A stretch of DNA of 64,000 bases from a virus: positions 64,001 through 128,000 of the IMG/VR virus record IMGVR_UViG_3300034683_000192. The stretch is one strand, 5' to 3'. This document shows positions 20,524-30,259 of this stretch, one piece after another. A program made the translations under genes and the position numbers. The notes below the pieces were generated by a model that saw only the letters and a list, made by a program, of their open reading frames with translations, did not search any database and had not been told where the DNA came from. How positions within the stretch are numbered: position 1 is the first letter of the stretch; the number at the start of each line of letters is the position of its first letter.

Positions 20524-20742
20524 TTATTCGTTGATCCCATAGCCGTTGCGAAGATACCCTTCATCGTAGAAGAATCTGGTAGGATTCTTGAAGAACCCGT
20601 CCATTACCTTCGATGACTCAAGTATGACTTGTGCCCCATCTATCAGAGCGATGGATTTGGCCTGTTCCTTCGTAACAAAACTCCAGGATTTCACGAACAA
20701 TTTCTGTGTTTTGATGTCTTTCTGAAGAGTGACTAGAATCAT
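20524..20742 (-). CDS. Small hypothetical protein
   Basis: 72 aa with AGGAGG RBS. Confidence 0.6.
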   Translation of the reverse strand: MILVTLQKDIKTQKLFVKSWSFVTKEQAKSIALIDGAQVILESSKVMDGFFKNPTRFFYDEGYLRNGYGINE

Positions 20743-20756
20743 GTAACTATCCTCCT

Positions 20757-22652
20757 TTAGAGGAAGATAAGAACATGACGCATGTTCAGCTGATTCGAAG
20801 TCGGACCAGCAGTGATGTCTGCATTCACCGACAGTTCGAGCTTCTTGGTCACCTGATTTCTGGTAAGCATCGCGTTGATATACGCAGGCTTGCCGTTGTA
20901 CGTGAATGCTCCGGAACCAACAAGATTCTCGGAACCAGGGACGACATCAAGCGTGATCGGGAAGTTGTTCGCACCGACTTCTTCGAGATCGATTCGAATC
21001 TTCCTGATATTCTTGATATCCGTATCATCTTCAAGAAGATGTACGAGTGTGAAGTTCTTCCATCCGCTGTTCGGACGGTTGAGTGCTTCTGACCCAGCCC
21101 AGACGATGTGTCCATCAGGGAATGGGGTCATGTAGCTCACCTGACGAGAATCAGGATTCATTGTATCCCAGACGTGATTTCCACTGGGAAGAGTAAGCGT
21201 GTCATCTTCAGGAAGTACGGAGATTTCAGGGTCAGGAATAAGAATCCAGCACGACTCGTTACCACTCCAGTCTTCGACTGCGATGGTTTCTTCACGTACC
21301 GTCTTCAATCTGAGACCAACCTGCAGATAAATCCCAGAACCTTCGACCGTATTTTCATTCCAGATGATTCTGAACTGAGGACGAATGATGTTTTCAAGTT
21401 CAGAGTAATCTTCGAACGGAACATATCCCTTTGGATACGTCGCAGACAGACACGTCACATTCAGCTTGTTTGTCGGATTCGTGATGTTCACATTGACGAT
21501 AGCGTCGAATGCAAACTGCGTGAGCAGTGACGTGAACCTGAGCTTCATGGTATCCGACAGAACGACCTGATCAGATCCTTCTACCTTGAAGAGTTTTGCG
21601 ATTGTCCACCAGTGCAAAGCCGTATCATCCGCAGCGATACGTTTCTTCAGGCACCGGCCATTGGACATATCGCCATACGAAGGACGACCTGTGGCGATGA
21701 GTCTGCGCATTTCTTCCTCCAGTTGAAGAATTTTGTTTCGCATGAGTACGATCGACGGAGCATCGCCGACAGTAGATGCAGTCATGATTTCTGCGTTGAC
21801 CAGATAGTCAAGCATGTTGTCCTGATTTTCATAAAGTGCGCGAATGTCGTTGAGGGTAGGATCTCCACCAAATGCATGGTAGTCGATCTTGACTTCACCG
21901 ACAAATGCTTTCTTCAAAAGAATAAATTCGTATACACCAGAAGTCACAGAACAAAGCTTTGTCTTGTGAAGATTGCTGCCAAACTTGACATAGTCTTCAC
22001 CTTCGACGAGTAGTGCTCCGGTGGAGTTGCTGTACACTTTGAGGCTATCCCCATAGTAAGCTCCTCCGATCGGGTGAATCGAAGATATGCCTTCAGGGAC
22101 ATTCACCAAGTGTATTTCATTTTGAATGAAGTTGCTGGTGTTCTCCATCGTGAGGTCCACTTCAAGAAGAAGTGGATTGGTCTCGACTATGGTGTGGATA
22201 TCCTTCACAGGGGAGAGCAAGAGCTCATGTCTGCGAATGGTTTCGACCATGTCGAGAATGAGTTCAGGAGAAACATCAAGCCGTTCCTTAGTCGGATCAA
22301 GTACGATCTTCGAAATGACTGGAAGGTTTGACTGGTAAACCATTCCGATCTTGTACTTGTAACCTGCGTAAGGCTTGATGATTGTGATGCTCTTGACAAG
22401 AATCTTGTCGAACGTATCGTCGATAAGTTGCATCTCTGCCATCGACGAATAGTCAATGTCATCCGCCGCAACTGCCCAATCCACGTTCACGAGCATGGTG
22501 CGATTGATTGTACCGAGCAGAGTCATCTGGATTGAATCAGCGTATACTGGACGACTGAATTCAATCTTCTGATCTGCCGTGATAATCAACCGGATATCAT
22601 TGTCTGTTTTGTACAGAACATTTTGTCCGGTGAGGTCATATTCAAAATACAT
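20757..22652 (-). CDS. phiKZ-like virion structural protein (baseplate/tail-fibre-associated family)
   Basis: 631 aa. The central segment DLTMENTSNFIQNEIH...HPIGGAYYGDSL...GEDY...YHAFGG resembles a recurrent phiKZ-family structural domain (recognised by eye). Confidence 0.55.
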   Translation of the reverse strand: MYFEYDLTGQNVLYKTDNDIRLIITADQKIEFSRPVYADSIQMTLLGTINRTMLVNVDWAVAADDIDYSSMAEMQLIDDTFDKILVKSITIIKPYAGYKYKIGMVYQSNLPVISKIVLDPTKERLDVSPELILDMVETIRRHELLLSPVKDIHTIVETNPLLLEVDLTMENTSNFIQNEIHLVNVPEGISSIHPIGGAYYGDSLKVYSNSTGALLVEGEDYVKFGSNLHKTKLCSVTSGVYEFILLKKAFVGEVKIDYHAFGGDPTLNDIRALYENQDNMLDYLVNAEIMTASTVGDAPSIVLMRNKILQLEEEMRRLIATGRPSYGDMSNGRCLKKRIAADDTALHWWTIAKLFKVEGSDQVVLSDTMKLRFTSLLTQFAFDAIVNVNITNPTNKLNVTCLSATYPKGYVPFEDYSELENIIRPQFRIIWNENTVEGSGIYLQVGLRLKTVREETIAVEDWSGNESCWILIPDPEISVLPEDDTLTLPSGNHVWDTMNPDSRQVSYMTPFPDGHIVWAGSEALNRPNSGWKNFTLVHLLEDDTDIKNIRKIRIDLEEVGANNFPITLDVVPGSENLVGSGAFTYNGKPAYINAMLTRNQVTKKLELSVNADITAGPTSNQLNMRHVLIFL

Positions 22653-22667
22653 TCCATACTCCTTCAG

Positions 22668-23279
22668 TTACGGATTGGAAGTAAGACTCATGAGTTTTGC
22701 TTGGTAGGCTGCAATGATTCCAGCCAACCTTGCATTTTCTTTTCTCAATTCAACATTCTCGCCAAAGTAGTTGACGATATCGATTCCGTTCTGTCGTCGA
22801 TCCTGTACAACCTGAGAGTATTCTTCATCAGTTAAGTACACATCGTTAACGGTCATCGTAAGAGGAGCATCAGTTATTCCGAACATCTTCGAGATAAGTT
22901 CAGATACATTCGATTTGATGTGAGTCAACTCTTCGGCATCTTTACATGCACCAAACTTAAAAGCTAGTGCAAGTACTGGATATCTCTTGACGTTGTGATC
23001 GGGTACGAACGAACAGATCCCTTCAGGTACGTAGTACACGATACTGGAATCTGTTGGGGAAACCAACTTGAAAATGCTCTGAGTACGGTAGTATTCTGAA
23101 TCAGTATCAAGTTGTGATTCGGTTTTGTTCACATGTGTGTAAAGCCCATCGAAGAGGTTCAATCCATCTTCAAGGAGCTCGTCGTACGTATAAATTTTGA
23201 GAACCGTATAAATTCCATCCAATGACGAGAAATCGACATTGAATTTGAATTTGTAGATCCAGCCTACGTTAAGCTGCAT
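22668..23279 (-). CDS. Hypothetical, probably structural protein (C-terminal coiled coil)
   Basis: 203 aa in the structural block with GGAGG RBS. Confidence 0.6.
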   Translation of the reverse strand: MQLNVGWIYKFKFNVDFSSLDGIYTVLKIYTYDELLEDGLNLFDGLYTHVNKTESQLDTDSEYYRTQSIFKLVSPTDSSIVYYVPEGICSFVPDHNVKRYPVLALAFKFGACKDAEELTHIKSNVSELISKMFGITDAPLTMTVNDVYLTDEEYSQVVQDRRQNGIDIVNYFGENVELRKENARLAGIIAAYQAKLMSLTSNP

Positions 23280-23374
23280 GATGTATCCTCCCTACATGAT
23301 GACACATAGAATATCGAAAAGCATAAATATTCATCTAGAGAAGGACCCCCAGTCGGGATCCTTCTCTTAGTAGA

Positions 23375-24016
23375 TTACACCTTGAAATCACAAAGACGGT
23401 CATCGGGAGTATTCTCAAGCTCATCTCGCTTGTCTCTCTCCCATTTGTGGCATTGTTCTGCGTATATCTGTGCTTCGCGCTGAACACGTACACACAAATC
23501 ATACGTCATGACAATCCACGCCCCGTTTGAAGCCTGCCATGTGCACGAATAGTTTTTGTTATCTTCGTGCGCATGAATGAATGCCATATATCTCGTCTGT
23601 GCGATATCGTTGGCGTTGAATTTCACGCCATCGACAGTAACACCATGATTGATCTTTCTTTTTCGAGAATTCTCGATCTTGAGCAGTAGCTCTTCTCGAA
23701 GAATTGTGGTCGGTTTTGTCGGTGGTTCAAATGAACATTCTTCAGGGATATCTCCTGGAAGAATCACTGGAATACCAGGAGAGCACCAACTCATTCCTGG
23801 TTCCCAATAAGTCTTTCCTCGATGGTCTATTTCATACACCCAAGAATTATCCAGAACATCCCTGCAGATTGCATATCCTTCTCTCGGTGGAGGAGGTACT
23901 TCATCTGTTTGATAAAGTGTCGGAACGTGATCAGTAGGAACCATCACTGAGCCCAAACATTCGTGGGGGTATGTTGAGCTCCAACCGTAAAGGATTTTTG
24001 TGGAGGTATCAGACAT
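23375..24016 (-). CDS. Tail fibre assembly-like protein with DUF4376-like C-terminus
   Basis: TDEVPPPPREGYAICR...WVYEIDHRGKTYW is typical of Tfa-like chaperones; GVTVDGVKFNANDIAQ...TWQASNGAWIVMT is DUF4376-like. Confidence 0.65.
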   Translation of the reverse strand: MSDTSTKILYGWSSTYPHECLGSVMVPTDHVPTLYQTDEVPPPPREGYAICRDVLDNSWVYEIDHRGKTYWEPGMSWCSPGIPVILPGDIPEECSFEPPTKPTTILREELLLKIENSRKRKINHGVTVDGVKFNANDIAQTRYMAFIHAHEDNKNYSCTWQASNGAWIVMTYDLCVRVQREAQIYAEQCHKWERDKRDELENTPDDRLCDFKV

Positions 24017-24033
24017 AGCTTAGTCCTCATCGA

Positions 24034-25365
24034 TCAGAGTGTCGGGTACGAAGATTTGTTGAGTACATGGTATTCGATGCCAGTACTCACAAACGACAGG
24101 TATGTTCTTCCATCGAAAACGTTTTCAGCGAATTCGTCGAGAAGAGTTTCTCCAAGAAGAACTCCCATGCACCTAGAGAGTTTCAGTGCAAACTCCCTGG
24201 TTTTCTGTTCCATGTACGCATTCTTCGCATCAGATGGCGGATAGAATTGATACGTGGGATGCAGTGCCAGAAAGTCGAATGCACTTTCATTGAGAGGATC
24301 CGCAATGAAGATCAGAAAGATTTCGCTGGCCGCACACGTGACAATCGTCCAGTTTCTTGTAAGGAAATCAGGATCGACATTCGGGAACATAGTGGGAAGA
24401 AGAGTCTCGATAGATTTCAGCTTGAGTGCCGAAGGATACATCACTCGGTCAGGACGAACAGTTGTGTTCGGCCAGATCGGAATAACGTAAAATTGGCCAG
24501 TAACGAAAAGATCAGGGAGAATTGCTTCCCACACTTCTTTCGTTGCCAAACCATACGAAAGTATCTTCTCTCGGATAGCTTTTCGTATCTCGAGAGTGCT
24601 CGGTTTGGCTCCCTTGTAGAGGATACCAAATGGCATCATCTTGACCGTATTTGAATTAATGATGTACTTTGTGTTGTACACCAAAACTCCGCTATGATCA
24701 CCAGTCACAACTTTGGGATCGAGCATCCCGAGGCTGATAGTAGTACTCTGAATGATGGCATCTACAGTATTGCTTACTTGACCCGGGTTGAGCAAAGTAG
24801 CAGCGTTGCACGGCATGACTACTTCAGATATGGTCGAAAGAGGATAGTCGCTCGCGAATGTGACACGACTCATCCAAAATTTGAATTGCTCGGTACCTGA
24901 ACCGAGAGCAATCTCAAACTGGATATAGTCCCGCATGGTCTTCGGACCAATTCCATCTGCAGGGATACCAGTACCAGTAAACCTTGTACCAAGGCGCAGC
25001 GATTCCTGGATGTATACTACACTGTATCTGGGATCGGTAGTCAACTCTTCTTCGAGTACCGCAAGAGAAGTATCTTCTGCGGTATAGATTTTTTCGATGA
25101 TTTCGAAAAGAAGATTTCTTTCTTCTTCGGTGAGTTTGGTGAAGATATGATCTTCTGCCAATTTGGATGCATCCATGTACAACCGAATTTTTCCGGTATA
25201 TGCTGGATTGATTCTTGTCTCACGTACGTCAGTGACCGTGAGACGCGTTTCGAAGTAGTTCTCGATCGTATCATCGAGATAGCACACAGGGGGAAGCGAG
25301 CTTTCGCCAACTTCGATAGTTGGTGCTGTACGGAAAAGTTCGTCTCCGATATAGCCGTAGATCAT
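24034..25365 (-). CDS. phiKZ-like virion structural protein
   Basis: 443 aa. The W...LPDLFVTGQFYVIPIWP segment resembles conserved jumbo-phage structural proteins; located in the structural block. Confidence 0.55.
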   Translation of the reverse strand: MIYGYIGDELFRTAPTIEVGESSLPPVCYLDDTIENYFETRLTVTDVRETRINPAYTGKIRLYMDASKLAEDHIFTKLTEEERNLLFEIIEKIYTAEDTSLAVLEEELTTDPRYSVVYIQESLRLGTRFTGTGIPADGIGPKTMRDYIQFEIALGSGTEQFKFWMSRVTFASDYPLSTISEVVMPCNAATLLNPGQVSNTVDAIIQSTTISLGMLDPKVVTGDHSGVLVYNTKYIINSNTVKMMPFGILYKGAKPSTLEIRKAIREKILSYGLATKEVWEAILPDLFVTGQFYVIPIWPNTTVRPDRVMYPSALKLKSIETLLPTMFPNVDPDFLTRNWTIVTCAASEIFLIFIADPLNESAFDFLALHPTYQFYPPSDAKNAYMEQKTREFALKLSRCMGVLLGETLLDEFAENVFDGRTYLSFVSTGIEYHVLNKSSYPTL

Positions 25366-25655
25366 GAGATTCTCCTTCTCGTATTTTCAAAGATGAAGCA
25401 TAAAATGAACAAAAAATAAACAACATGCAGCATAATCTTAAAGCAGGAGGAGGGGCGCCCGTGCCCCTCCTCCGAAATGTGGCAACGTAAAGTTGCGAAG
25501 AATCAGACGACCGGATGCGGCCGATGTTCGTGAGGGAGTCTACGTGGACGTCACCTCAGAAACCCTTTAATTCAGTTGACGATTGTCAATGCGAATATAC
25601 CCACGAATGAGTATCTGTGAAATATTCGGTGCAGTTTACCTCCCCTCTATAGAGA

Positions 25656-26291
25656 CTAGCTGTGAACTGTCACTTCTCCTAAATCAATCCACTCGTTGTG
25701 TCGCATAGCCTGTGAAAGTTGTTCCGCTCGAGTTCCAACTTCTTTCCAATACTTAGTCTTCTTTGCTCCAGTATAAAGAATTTCACGTGCTGCTTTCTTG
25801 TACTGCCCTTTCTCAGATGCAGCCAAGAAATTCTTGAATTTATAGATTCCACTACTCCCGAGATTGTAGACCATATTGATCATGACCTGCTTTCGTACGG
25901 GAGACATATCCCTCCACCACGGGAATTCTGCGTCTAGCTGATTGACAGCATTCTGTACGTCGATGAGTAGCCACGCGTATGCTTGCTTCTCACCTACTGC
26001 TTTTCTGTTCGGAGAATCGATACGTCGTCCGTATCCTTGAGTCCAGTAGCCTTTGCTACATTTGTAGGGTTTTGAGGAAAATCCCTCATGGACCATGATG
26101 ACTTGTGCAGCCTCACGGACAAGTTTGAGAGTTTCTGCCCGAGGATCGGACAATACAGCATGACTGATTTTTCCACGGACTTCGTGAGTAGCAGTCAGTT
26201 CGGCGACCATACCATTCGCTTCTTTTCCGGACACCGGAAAGAGAATAACGAAAAGCATAAGCACACCGGCGATGAAGTTACTCAACGGCAT
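25656..26291 (-). CDS. Endolysin, GH24 (T4-lysozyme-like) muramidase with N-terminal hydrophobic export signal
   Basis: HEGFSSKPYKCSKGYWTQGYG has E-x8-C-x5-T catalytic spacing; also INMVYNLG and KYWKEVGTRAEQL. Start at ATG 26291 (AGGAGG RBS) gives the hydrophobic MPLSNFIAGVLMLFVILFPVSG. Confidence 0.85.
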   Translation of the reverse strand: MPLSNFIAGVLMLFVILFPVSGKEANGMVAELTATHEVRGKISHAVLSDPRAETLKLVREAAQVIMVHEGFSSKPYKCSKGYWTQGYGRRIDSPNRKAVGEKQAYAWLLIDVQNAVNQLDAEFPWWRDMSPVRKQVMINMVYNLGSSGIYKFKNFLAASEKGQYKKAAREILYTGAKKTKYWKEVGTRAEQLSQAMRHNEWIDLGEVTVHS

Positions 26292-26331
26292 ACACATCCT
26301 CCTGTTAAGGTCAATACAGTTCATCTAGAAG

Positions 26332-26339
26332 GTAATATA
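26332..26339 (-). promoter_or_regulatory. TATATTAC motif
   Basis: Upstream of the endolysin gene. Confidence 0.5.
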
Positions 26340-26436
26340 TATTCGTATCACCTTCGATGAGTGGAAAATATGCTCCCTGTAGTATAATGTCCTATTTGTG
26401 TAGAAAGATGTGGGATACCCCCACATCTTTCTAGTG

Positions 26437-27153
26437 TTATCGAACTGCAAATCTGAAAGCGGAATATGTGGATGTCATCATCTTTTCAATTGATCGAAGA
26501 GATCCTGGTCCATAGATGTCCCGGTCGGTTAGATCCCCGACTTTGTTCGTTTGGTTAAGATACCAGATAAATCCTGGCCAGTGACCATGGTCTTTGACGA
26601 GAGCTGCATGAACTGATTGAAGAAAATCGCCAACTTCTACAAAAAACTCAGCTGGATTGAGTTCAGTAGTAGGCGTAGTACGAAATTCAAAACGACGTGC
26701 TTTTTGTATGATACATGTAATCGATTTCTTGATTCTTTCTTCGATATTCGGAATGGTACATAGTTTCAAGTAATTTGAAAAGCTGGTTTTGATATCCATT
26801 GCAACGTACGAAACACATCCTTGATCGAGTATGGTTTCGAGCATTTCAGGATTAAATCCATTTGTATCGAGTTTGATCAAAAATCCTTCCTCTTTTAGTA
26901 AACGGATAAATTGAGGAAGAGAATTGTGCATGGTAGGTTCACCACCAGTAATTGTGACCGCATCAAAGAGTTTCTTATTCTTTTTGAGTTTCTTGAAGAT
27001 CTCATCAAGATCTGCTGTTAACACACGACCTCTGGCGAGATCTACATTGTGACAATAGTTGCAGTGCATATTGCACCCGACAGTGAATATGGTACTACAA
27101 GTTTCATCAGGAAAATCGACATGAGAGATGATCACATTTTTCGCTAAAATCAT
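26437..27153 (-). CDS. nrdG: Anaerobic ribonucleotide reductase activating enzyme (radical SAM)
   Basis: DFPDETCSTIFTVGCNMHCNYCHN (CxxxCxxC), TITGGEPT, KLDTNG, EFRTT; NrdD is present in the window. Confidence 0.88.
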   Translation of the reverse strand: MILAKNVIISHVDFPDETCSTIFTVGCNMHCNYCHNVDLARGRVLTADLDEIFKKLKKNKKLFDAVTITGGEPTMHNSLPQFIRLLKEEGFLIKLDTNGFNPEMLETILDQGCVSYVAMDIKTSFSNYLKLCTIPNIEERIKKSITCIIQKARRFEFRTTPTTELNPAEFFVEVGDFLQSVHAALVKDHGHWPGFIWYLNQTNKVGDLTDRDIYGPGSLRSIEKMMTSTYSAFRFAVR

Positions 27154-27205
27154 GAGTATGTACCCTCCCTATACCACTATCTAGTTATAGCAAAAAATAA
27201 ATACA

Positions 27206-27233
27206 GAGGGGTTCCCTAGTTTGGGAACCCCTC
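27206..27233 (-). terminator. Hairpin plus TTTATTTTTTG
   Basis: GAGGGGTTCCC/GGGAACCCCTC. Confidence 0.7.
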
Positions 27234-27245
27234 ATTCTCGGTCAG

Positions 27246-27629
27246 TTATACTGCACCGAAATTTCGGTGATGGATGATCGTCGTGTACGGCTCAGGGTGG
27301 CCGTTGTGGAAGTTGGACGCGATCGACTTGATCATTGCCAGCCGATCACGTTTCTCTTTGATTTCCGGATAGAACCGGGCCCCGACTCTGGCTGCTAAGT
27401 AAAGCTTCCAGCTTTCCGTGATGAGGTTCGCGACTTTTTCGCGAGCTTTCTCACTTTCGTCATCCATCAGCTCGAGAAATTCCAGATACATGTAGCGCTG
27501 ACGATCCTTGGGAGGCATCGCCTGTATCCGCGCCAGACGTTCTGCTTTTTTGCGCTCTTCTTCTGCTATGCGCGCTTTCTCGGCCTTGATTTTTATGTTC
27601 GCGATCACATCTTTCAGTGATTGTCTCAT
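27246..27629 (-). CDS. Hypothetical protein
   Basis: GGAGG RBS before ATG 27629; charged helical protein. Confidence 0.6.
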   Translation of the reverse strand: MRQSLKDVIANIKIKAEKARIAEEERKKAERLARIQAMPPKDRQRYMYLEFLELMDDESEKAREKVANLITESWKLYLAARVGARFYPEIKEKRDRLAMIKSIASNFHNGHPEPYTTIIHHRNFGAV

Positions 27630-27929
27630 CGGTCTTCCTCCCTTACCGATGGTTAAGATGTGCGTAGGGAATACGATCGGTGGACCAACGTGCACCAATC
27701 GGATCCATGACAGTGTAGATCTGACCGGAAATGATTCCGATCATGATCATACCCATCACTACAAGATACGGCATCCACCGAACCTTGTCACGCTTGTAAA
27801 TGTTTCTCATCTCTTCTCCTTATTCAGCTGACCTTATTGAGATTGGTTAGACCTCAATGTTGGAATATATATCCGACTAAAGGACGAGTAACATCGGGAA
27901 ATGTGGAGTTTCCTCAATGTCATAATTTC

Positions 27930-28772
27930 TTAACAGAATGCGTTCTTCAGCATCTTGATCACGTAGTCGATCTTCTTGACCAGCTCAGCATATCGTTCGG
28001 GATCCTTGGAAGGAATGGTCAGATTCTGTACGGAGAAGATCGGACACACGGAATCTTCGGCGACTGCGACGATGAGTTTGCGGTCACCCCAGACGTCGTG
28101 ATCCAGTACGAGAAGTTCTTCATTCGTACTTGCAGAGAAGACGTCGGTGAATCTGGTCCGCATACAGAATTTCGAAATGTCGTCCGAATGATTCACATTC
28201 CACACTTCCACCCCGACAGGGCTATGGGAATTGAGGAAAGAGACGAAGTCGTAATGCACCCTGATCGCCGTCGGATATGTCCGATTCCCTTCATCGATTG
28301 GGGTTCTGAGCGTATTCGCGAGTACGTCGATCAACGTACGACTGACGAAGTCGTGTCGCGTGAACGCGGCGTGGCCGTACAGCAACGAATCGATGCGTTT
28401 GTCTGAGATTTTGTAGAACGTACAGCGCGCGATGTCGAGAGGAAGTGAAAACTTGTACGACGGCTCTTCGGATGAACCTTCGGCAATGCGAAGTTCCGTA
28501 TCGGTGATTTCGATGATCATACTCTTCGTGATCGAGTGTATCTTGATCACGTCCGGAGTACTTTTGTAATTCCACGCATTGTGGATGGTTTCGACCATTT
28601 GCGAAATGGAATCACTCGAGAAATCCACCAGGTACTCGACTTTTCCCGAATCGCAGCAGAAGATGGTACAGAGTTTCGGATTGTCCGTCGAGAAGATCTG
28701 CATCTTTTTGTTTTCGACGTCCATACCAAGCAACATTTTTTCCAGGTTGTTCCAACCAAAGATTCTTTCCAT
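27930..28772 (-). CDS. Hypothetical protein
   Basis: 280 aa with GAGGG RBS. Confidence 0.7.
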   Translation of the reverse strand: MERIFGWNNLEKMLLGMDVENKKMQIFSTDNPKLCTIFCCDSGKVEYLVDFSSDSISQMVETIHNAWNYKSTPDVIKIHSITKSMIIEITDTELRIAEGSSEEPSYKFSLPLDIARCTFYKISDKRIDSLLYGHAAFTRHDFVSRTLIDVLANTLRTPIDEGNRTYPTAIRVHYDFVSFLNSHSPVGVEVWNVNHSDDISKFCMRTRFTDVFSASTNEELLVLDHDVWGDRKLIVAVAEDSVCPIFSVQNLTIPSKDPERYAELVKKIDYVIKMLKNAFC

Positions 28773-28818
28773 GAGATGTCCCTCTTATTGATCGGTATTT
28801 AACCAGACTGAGATTGGA

Positions 28819-29088
28819 TTATTTGGATGTGTCCAATGAGTCACCGATTGGGTTAATCTTGACGCACATTCCTCGAATGACTATCGTACTACGATTGTCT
28901 CGATTTTCATGGGAGTTAGGAACTTGATAGAGAAAGGATTGATGTCCCATTGCGATATCGTCAGCGATAGCGATGCATTGTTTGCGTGAGTTATACACAC
29001 CGATTTCGATTGGGGTTATTTGTGGAGAAGTGTGTACCGTGGGAGGAAATGCAATCAAGAGAATGATGAGTTTCCACGAGGTGAGCAT
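28819..29088 (-). CDS. Small hypothetical protein with hydrophobic N-terminus
   Basis: 89 aa with AAGGA RBS. Confidence 0.55.
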   Translation of the reverse strand: MLTSWKLIILLIAFPPTVHTSPQITPIEIGVYNSRKQCIAIADDIAMGHQSFLYQVPNSHENRDNRSTIVIRGMCVKINPIGDSLDTSK

Positions 29089-29140
29089 AACTATCCTTTT
29101 CTGGGGCTGAGATTTCTCTCAGCCCCTATGAATTTGGTGA

Positions 29141-30133
29141 TTAGTCTTCGGGATTCAAATACTTGGCAATTGCGCTGTGGATATGGAACGATGAACCCAC
29201 TGCGTCACTGAGACGACTGGCATGCCATTGCTCATCAGCCGGGCGTTTTTGGATGGTGTTGGCGAATACTTTTGTCAGTGCCGACATGAACGAGTATTCG
29301 ATTTCTGCCATTGCTGCTTGGGCATACCGATCCCATACGCGCATCTTGTCGACATGCGCATCACGAAGTTCGCGTATGAGTTCGTAATCCCCCGACGTTT
29401 CGTCCTGGTGTACTCGGTAAACTGCACGCACGGTGTAGTTTTCACCAGGGACATAGACGAAGAATTTCGTACGCGTATCCGACGGAACGAATCGCGGGTG
29501 CGGACGACCGCCATTACGAATGACTCGAAGAAATTCGTCAGGAGAAGACGACTTGATGTAAATCGTCGGTTCATCTTTGTCGAACAGGATTTCCTGAATG
29601 CTCTGTACTTCGAGTTTTGGCCGGATTTGAGCCGTATAGTTGGTATACCCACTATCAGCAGAGAATCCATCCACGACAGTATCTGCATTTTTCAGCAGAT
29701 TCATGCACGCATCATCGAAGTCCCTTGTCTCCGAAAAGAACCAACACATTGCGGTTGTCGTGGCGACATCCTGAACTTTTCGAATTTTCTTCATGGGGGT
29801 TTTCGGCACTTTGATACCGAATCCGACATCTCTCAAGAACGTGAGCCCTGATACCATGGATTCTGCGGATTCGAACTCGAGTGTCACGCTAGGGAAATGT
29901 CCGGTATTGTACGAGAAACACGAGAACGGTCGAGCGTGCGGAAGTTTGGTACCAACGATCTTCACCGGGCAGCCGTTTTCCCACGTATCCATCAGTAGAA
30001 CAATTGGTAGAAACTGGGAATGGATCGAATGAAAAATCTTGCTGGTGCACTTCAGGTTAGGACACGTTCTTTCCGTCCAGGTGTTCGGAGAAAACGCACC
30101 ACCACAGCTAGCACAGACATGTACCTTAGACAT
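29141..30133 (-). CDS. Hypothetical protein with N-terminal CxxC...CxxxxC zinc finger (paralog family member)
   Basis: CASCGG...CPNLKC; GGAGG RBS; TACATTAC upstream. Confidence 0.7.
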   Translation of the reverse strand: MSKVHVCASCGGAFSPNTWTERTCPNLKCTSKIFHSIHSQFLPIVLLMDTWENGCPVKIVGTKLPHARPFSCFSYNTGHFPSVTLEFESAESMVSGLTFLRDVGFGIKVPKTPMKKIRKVQDVATTTAMCWFFSETRDFDDACMNLLKNADTVVDGFSADSGYTNYTAQIRPKLEVQSIQEILFDKDEPTIYIKSSSPDEFLRVIRNGGRPHPRFVPSDTRTKFFVYVPGENYTVRAVYRVHQDETSGDYELIRELRDAHVDKMRVWDRYAQAAMAEIEYSFMSALTKVFANTIQKRPADEQWHASRLSDAVGSSFHIHSAIAKYLNPED

Positions 30134-30199
30134 AAAGCCTCCATTTGGTTTAGACCCTGTTCGCTACATGGAGTTGGGTCTTTTGGTATAGTTACTAAA

Positions 30200-30207
30200 G
30201 TAATGTA
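30200..30207 (-). promoter_or_regulatory. TACATTAC variant motif
   Basis: Upstream of 30133, downstream of a hairpin. Confidence 0.5.
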
Positions 30208-30259
30208 TATTTGTATCATTAACGAGAGGAGAGAGCCATATGGCTCTCTCCTCTATGTA

